A DNA stretch of 52,196 bases, counting the filler, from Basidiobolus ranarum (lineage: Eukaryota): assembly GCA_040143965.1 (NCBI GenBank). It is 2 parts of 2 records of this genome, joined end to end, with 100 filler letters (N's around TTAATTAATTAA, not from the genome) between each part and the next. Parts side by side here need not be neighbours in the genome. Positions count along the whole stretch, not along the records: positions 26,176 to 52,196 come from JASJQH010007012.1; 1 more part is not named here. One strand, written 5' to 3'. Of the stretch, positions 46,037 through 52,196 are shown in pieces. The notes below the pieces were generated by a model. That model was given only the letters and a program-made list of their open reading frames with translations, did no database searches and was not told the DNA's origin. Each line of letters begins with the position of its first letter. Positions within the stretch are counted from its first letter, which is position 1. The position numbers were made by a program, and so were the translations under genes.

Positions 46037-46675
46037 ATTATATTGAAGTGTGTATAGAAGTTAAAGATAAAAAGTGCGAGTTCAAGAGTGAGGTAGTTGT
46101 ACTGGTAAGAGTCCCTTAGGATGTAAAGAAATGAAACTGATTGATAATACTGACTCTGTGGCTTTGAGCGAGGGATACTGGATAAATCCTAATTACAGGG
46201 TTCAATCTGAGTAAAATACAACCTTGTTGGTAGACCACTCAAAAGTAGTAAATTTGCGAGTACTTGGAAAAGCCAAGACATTGGACTGTATTTAGCATGG
46301 CACCACATCCTTTCTTGACTTTTTCGAGGCTTAACTATAACCGGTTTTTCAAAAGAATATTGAGTGGCACAGTGGCTCAGATATGAATCCAGATACTTTA
46401 CACAGTCAGATAATTTCAGCCAATCAACTATATGCCAATATATTCGTCCTCACCTCATGCACATATGCTTGCTCAGATAACGAAATCTTGTATTTGACCA
46501 GGAAACGAATGTGCAAAAGGATAACTCAGACGCGCTTGAGGGCGAATTTTATGCCATACATGATCGGAGCCGAGGTGGGTTCACCCTTAGCGAACTAGGG
46601 GCGTCCTCTGAAATCCGACCGACACAGAGATTTGTTCATCACCGTTATCCATGTGGAATACTTGGAATTAAGTAA

Positions 46676-46748
46676 CAGGCCCAGATGGATTCGAACCACC
46701 AACCTTTGATCGTAAGATCAACGCATAATCCAATGTACTATGCAGGCC
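46676..46748 (-). pseudogene. Degenerate tRNA / tRNA-derived sequence (anticodon ambiguous, ACG or TAC)
   Basis: Minus strand GGCCTGCA TA GTAC ATTGGATT ATGC G TTGAT CTTACG ATCAA AGGTT GGTGG TTCGAAT CCATC TGGGCC. Good T-arm and B-box, but a 6-nt anticodon loop and an irregular acceptor stem. Confidence 0.6.
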
Positions 46749-47039
46749 GACTTGTTAATTGAGAAATTAATTGCTACAAGATCATTCTTTCATTTCAATC
46801 ATTATTGATCTATGAGAAAAAATTTTAATTTGCATCTGATGGGGCTTTGTATGGTATAGATGAAAAATTATACTTTGTAGATGATTAGTTGCATAGGATT
46901 TTGTGAATAATACCTTTTCTGTGTGCGGTTTTGGCCTTTTAGTAGCTAGAAATATCTCACTTAACTTTTGGTAAAGCTCGAAGCAATTAGTTTCTTCTTA
47001 GAGTAGCCCATTGATATCTAGCATAGTCGAAAGTACAAA

Positions 47040-48072
47040 ATGAATCGTTTTGTCAGCCCTTTGCAGTTTGCTCCTAGAGCACAACCTTCCAGGTTACTTC
47101 TCGGCTCTAACCTCTTGAGACCTAGTTTGGTTCTTGGTGCTCGTTATGTATCTGTTACTGCTCGTGTTACTCCCCCTAAAGAACTTATTGGGTTGAGTTC
47201 ACTAAAAGATAATCCAGGCTCCAAGTCACAAGTATGAAATATACGACCAGAACTGATATTGGCTCGATTGTATTGGAAACTGACTATTTTACACATTGCA
47301 GGCCAAACGTTTGGGTCGTGGTCCTGGTTCAGGCAAAGGTAAAACCTCTGGTCGTGGTCACAAAGGTCAAAAATCCCGGGCTGGTAATGGAAAGCCAACT
47401 CCTGGTTTTGAAGGTGGCCAAACCCCTATCATGCAACGTTTCCCTAAACGCGGTTTTACCAATATGTAAGCTTTATTAGGATTTGGTTTTTAAAGTTTAT
47501 TTGAATTTGGATTAATTGGTCGTTCTTAGTCATGGCAAGGACTATACTGAAGTTAATCTCGACCAACTTGGTCGTTGGATCGAAACAGGACGTATTGACA
47601 TTACGAAGAAAATCACTATGCGTGAATTGAAGGTTGCCGGACTTGTTAAGGGAGTCAAAGATGGAGTGAAGCTGTTGGGCAACGTAAATATTTAATATAT
47701 TGTTGGTTTGGTTTAAATCTGTTGTAACTGAAGTAAATATTCTAGGGTTCAAGTGGGTTCAAGTATAAGATAGATATAGAAGTCTCTCGCGCCTCCGAAA
47801 AGGCCATGAAACAAATTGAACGCATGGGCGGTAACATCACCTGTGTCTACTACAACTCTATCGGTCTCCAGAGTATTCTATCCCCATCACGCTTCTTTAT
47901 CCAACCTAAGTTGGCTCTTCCTACCAAGAAGAGAGATATTGGTAAATATTTCCTAAGCATTGACATACATGTTACCTAGTATATACTAACCAACGTTACT
48001 CCAGCCTGGTACTCGGATCCCAAGCACCGTGGATTTTTAGCAACTGAGAAAGAAACCAACACCTCCGCTTAG
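47040..48072 (+). CDS. MRPL10: Mitochondrial ribosomal protein uL15m (5 exons)
   Basis: [71 protein letters not shown]. Confidence 0.94.
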
Positions 48073-48860
48073 ACCTTTGCATCACCCTTAAATCTTAGTA
48101 CTTTTGATGTTTCAATTTCTTAATTGGAGTCACATTGTCTCCTTCAAAAGCATCGATTTCTTTGATAAATAACGACTTCATTGCATACACCAATAAACAC
48201 TTTCTGAACCATAGAACCAGTATTGATTCAGACATCTGGGCCATGCATCATTACACAAGGAGTGATTCAAACTGGTGTTGTTTTCACTTTCCTTTATGGT
48301 AACAATTTAACTGCAGACTGGTATGAGTCAGTAACACCATCAGTCAGATCATTTGTGGATGCGAATGTGGGCGATACATCTCAACGAATTAGCCAAGACA
48401 TTAAAGTGCTCGATATATACATGATTAGAGTGAACTTAGTGTAGGCTATGTACATATACGAGCTAAGTGAGTATTTGTGAGCCGATGATCGAACCTTGAA
48501 GCTTGGGCCTTTCATTAGTTGACTTTCTAGAATTTAGATTTCCGACTGCCGACTTCCATCCATGCACATAGAACCATTCACCAAATAATGAAAGCACGTG
48601 CACATTGTTCTAGTCTGCTGACCTACTTCGATCTGTTTTGTAGTAATTTTCAATATAAATGTATAGATTTGTAATCAAAAATACAACATCGGGATTTATT
48701 TAAAAATCTATTTGAAAACTTTGACTGATACGACATATATTTACAGTAGAGTAAATGAAGAGAATGAAAAAGTAAAGAAACAGGTCAGAAGAATTAAATT
48801 GCATAATGGGTTGGGTGTACCTGACGGAGGGAGGGGGGGGGTATCTCACCACAATGTGAT

Positions 48861-49783
48861 TCACTTTGGTAATAGTGGGGATCTTTCAGATTGAGACATG
48901 GTTGGTATTTCCTCTGGGTTTCTCTTATTGTATATCACGGGCAATAAAGAGAGAGTAGCAGCCGCGGTGATGGTCAAGATGGTGGTGACATTAAATAATG
49001 AAATCTCTTTTCCTGCCGAAAGCTCCTGAATCGCCATACCAGCTTGTACATGTAAGAAAGATATAGGCGCTACTCCAAAAAATGTGGCAACAAAAAACAC
49101 TCCAACAGGGACATCCAAGTGAGGTGAGGCAATGTTAATGAACCAGTTTGGTAGGATTGGTGTGATGCGCAGAAACATCAAATAGTTCAACAGGTGTTCA
49201 CGTCTACTAGCAATCTGTTCACTCCAAGCAACCAAGCGTTCTGTTAAATATCTTTCAACAATCGGTGAAGCGATGTAATATGAAATCAAGTAACAAATGG
49301 TTGCTCCTATTCCGGAGCATAAGCAAATCAAGAAGAGTGCAGGCCATTTAGTGAACAGGGCTCCACCCAGCACACTCAACATGGCACTTCCGGGAACGGC
49401 AAAGGCCTGTAGACTATATTTTTGTATTAATAACCTATATCTTGGACAACTTACAAAGTCAAAATCAACTTACAATATATATAGAACAATGTACGAATAT
49501 AGAACTGCAAAATAGTGACCGTCCATAAACTCAGATAGAGCCAATGCAAGTACTTTCACGTCGTCCATGCTTTTCGGGAATTTCATTTCTATGTCACTAG
49601 TAATTGTCAGAAGTCAGTCTACATATTCGATACAGGTAAAAAATAATAAGACACAACTTACCCATCAAATGAGGAAAAGGTCAAGGTTAGCGAGTAATAG
49701 ACCAACGAGCACGAGACCACAAAAGCGAAAGCGAGCCCAATGATAGGACCAGGACGAAAGGTACTTGAGTTCCAGAAAGCCAT
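48861..49783 (-). CDS. TMEM41: TMEM41/VTT (DedA, SNARE-associated) membrane protein (3 exons)
   Basis: LQAFAVPGSAMLSVLGGALF, GATICYLIS, YLMFLRITPILPNWFINIASP, ATFFGVAP. Confidence 0.9.
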
Positions 49784-51558
49784 TTTAGGTAGAGGTTAAA
49801 GCAGACAATTAGATTATGTAGAAGTACAACAATTATTTCTTTGAACAAGTTAAAGCAGGTTTATATTATACAGAAGGTTTTATCGTAACAACAAAAGGTA
49901 CAGCTATCCGGAGTAAATTTAAAAGAATAGCCGTGACTGCTATAATAGAAGAAGAGAAGGAATGTTGGAACAGCGACAGTCCTCATCATGGTTTTATAGG
50001 TTCGAGAGATGGGATGCTCGTTACAAATAAGAAAAGGTTTGCATGGTAATTCTGAAAGCAGTAGTAGTATTGCCCTAATTTGAAAGAATCTGAGGAAATA
50101 TTTAGCTCCATCCGGATGATCTATTGCTGCTGCCATTCATCCGACACTTTTTTTTCAGTATAGTTTGGTATAATTTGGTACAATTTAGAAGTGCTACATT
50201 ATTAAACAAACACTTGGGTCGGAATAATATGGGTGAGACGGTCGTTTGAGAATTGGATAATTATGGCTGACCCTTGGAACGAATGAAAATATCCGGATTA
50301 TTGACATAAGCATGTGCCCTCCAATAAGATGGATGATAGAGGCGGACCATTGGACGAGTGGATCATGAGTGATCTTGCTATCTTAGAATCCAAGATAGAT
50401 TCCCAGCCATTCCTGGCCATTCAACTCCTAGATGTCAGCTGATATGGTTTGGACTCCTTTTTGACTTGTGTAGCACGTCATCGGTCATAAGCGAAGACAA
50501 ACACAGGTGCGGCTATTTCAGCTATCCCGTTCAGCTGAGTTCGGCGTTGTTCATTGACTGCTATAACTGACAAACAATGTGCCTAACCCTAAGTGGACAG
50601 GAGTAAAGGGTATATGATAGTGAATAATGTATAACCGATGGTGTATTTTATGATGCATTTGATATTAGCTTAGTTGGTATATTGACATTCATTAACCATG
50701 CATGCACTCCAAAGCTTATTAATATTGCCTGACTTATTACCGAACTTTGTTTTCTACTGTTCTGAGTTTATTACCGAAGTTTGTTTTATGCCAAGAAATG
50801 ATGTTTTTAACAAGATACGCCACAATAGGACTAGAGTTCAAAATCCGGATATGGAATCCCGAAATTTACTGCGATAAGGTACTTCGCTAGATGATTTTTG
50901 CCAGTGGCAATGGTAGTGGTGGTGGGACATCTAATCCATTCATTAAGGAAATGTGCGGATTAACAACGGGTTCTTTCGTATTATGTCGGTCATCAAATTA
51001 CACGTTGAATAAATTGCACGCTACATTTTAGCCCTTTAATCGGACTTTTTAAGTGTACTACGGGTTAAATCCGGAATGGAGGCTAACCAATGATGGTATG
51101 GTAATTAGTGAACGGCATTATGGAGAAGCGGCATGTGAGCCAAGCAAACGGAAAGTGTAACCGTAGGTACAGGTGATAATATTGCATGAGTGGTTGGAAG
51201 TGTTAAGAGCTATCAAACCAACTTAAGGAGTCAAACATCATGTATACTAAATTGTATAACTAAATCAGAACGCTTCAATTAACCGGTTATCTGCATTAAG
51301 AAGTCACTTTCAGAGCACAACTCTTTCATTCTTTGTTACATTTAGAGCCATCAGAAACTTCCATTTTAAGCTATCGATAACAGCATTATAACTTTTGCTA
51401 TCCTTTTCTTTTAGAATAATTGCTTTCATGTCCAGTCCACTCTGAACTCTCTTTTATTTCCCAGACTACTTGCTCTTTAAACATCAGTCAGGGTTCATTG
51501 ATGTTTGTACTTTTTCACCATATTTTCACATAGGAACGCCTATATATGTAATATTTAG

Positions 51559-52196
51559 AATATTCTCAAAATTGAACGGGATTCTTTTGGTGTGCTTGAA
51601 GTTCCTACTGACTGTTGTTGGGGTTGCCAGACGCAGAGATAAGAAAGATTTTCATGATCTCTTCTACTCGTCGCTTATCAGCACCCTATATGCAAATTTC
51701 TCCAGAACTTTGATATCGGCGGCTCATGCAAGCGTATGCCGGAGTCTCTTACCAAGGTTTTTGGTGTGTTGAAGAATGGTGCTGCTATTGTCAACATGAG
51801 TTATGGACTCGATCCTACAATCGATAACGCCATTGTGCAAGCAGCTGATGAGGTAAGATACGCTTCCTTATAACCTAGTAGGAGTAACTTGAAAGCTTAG
51901 TTGAGAAGCTACTTCCCACGGTGGCGAAGCTCCAAAACGAGTCCCCGAAGAAGGTGGTGAGCTTTGACAAGATTATCAAGATTGGAAGAACTCACTTGCA
52001 AGACGCGACACCACTCACACTGGGACAAGAGTTCTCTGGGTATACTCAACAGCTTGCCGATGGTATCGAGAGAGTGAAGGCCACGCTCCCACGACTAAGC
52101 AAACTTGCACAAGGTGGCACAGCAGTTGGTACCGGGCTCAACACTCGCAAAGGATTTGATGTGAAGATCGCTGATGAGATTAGCCAGATCACTCAG
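51559..52196 (+). pseudogene. FUM1: Class II fumarase pseudogene (runs off the window)
   Basis: [67 protein letters not shown]. The first intron reads AT..AA, and the conserved QTGSGT/SSNDTFPT block is absent with a phase mismatch after 51900. Confidence 0.8.

Noticed and set aside
48478-48597. CTTTCATTA/TAATGAAAG stem and a GGTTCGATC B-box-like motif; considered tRNA, SECIS or snoRNA
   Set aside because: No cloverleaf, no in-frame TGA selenoprotein candidate nearby, and no convincing box motifs.
51639-51695. Possible U12-type AT-AC intron in fumarase
   Set aside because: The donor is ATAAGA, not ATATCC, and the end is AA; better explained as a mutated GT-AG intron.

Overview
Gene-dense eukaryotic (fungal) DNA with short GT-AG spliceosomal introns, so the unspliced ORF track fragments or misses many genes. 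Gene content (Rhizopus-type GH18 chitinase, AA11 LPMO, Cla4-type PH-CRIB module, DUF3020 and Ecl1 proteins) points to an early-diverging fungus, plausibly Zoopagomycota or Mucoromycota; this is an inference. About 22 protein-coding genes were reconstructed by hand: formin (5'-partial), RBM42, MED13, C2H2-DUF3020 protein, GT34 glycosyltransferase, mitoribosomal mL41 and uL15m, Ecl1-family protein, ACADSB-type acyl-CoA dehydrogenase, group II PLP decarboxylase, two-finger GATA factor, MDR oxidoreductase, AA11 LPMO with two CBM5/12 modules, PPR protein, GH18 chitinase, NSF/Sec18, C2-GYPP protein, TMEM41-like protein and others. There is also a fumarase pseudogene, a degenerate tRNA, an artificial assembly linker and a strongly CpG-depleted probable transposon relic. 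The most notable items are absent from or only fragmentary in the ORF track: (1) a complete 7-exon CFAP410/C21orf2 (ciliary, NEK1-partner) gene; (2) a divergently transcribed, kinase-less Cla4/PAK-like PH-CRIB-autoinhibitory gene; (3) a 55-aa microprotein that is essentially a free neurabin/Bni4-type PP1-docking module. Also notable is (4) an AA11 LPMO carrying bacterial-type CBM5/12 modules near a chitinase. Family assignments come from remembered motifs, not database searches.
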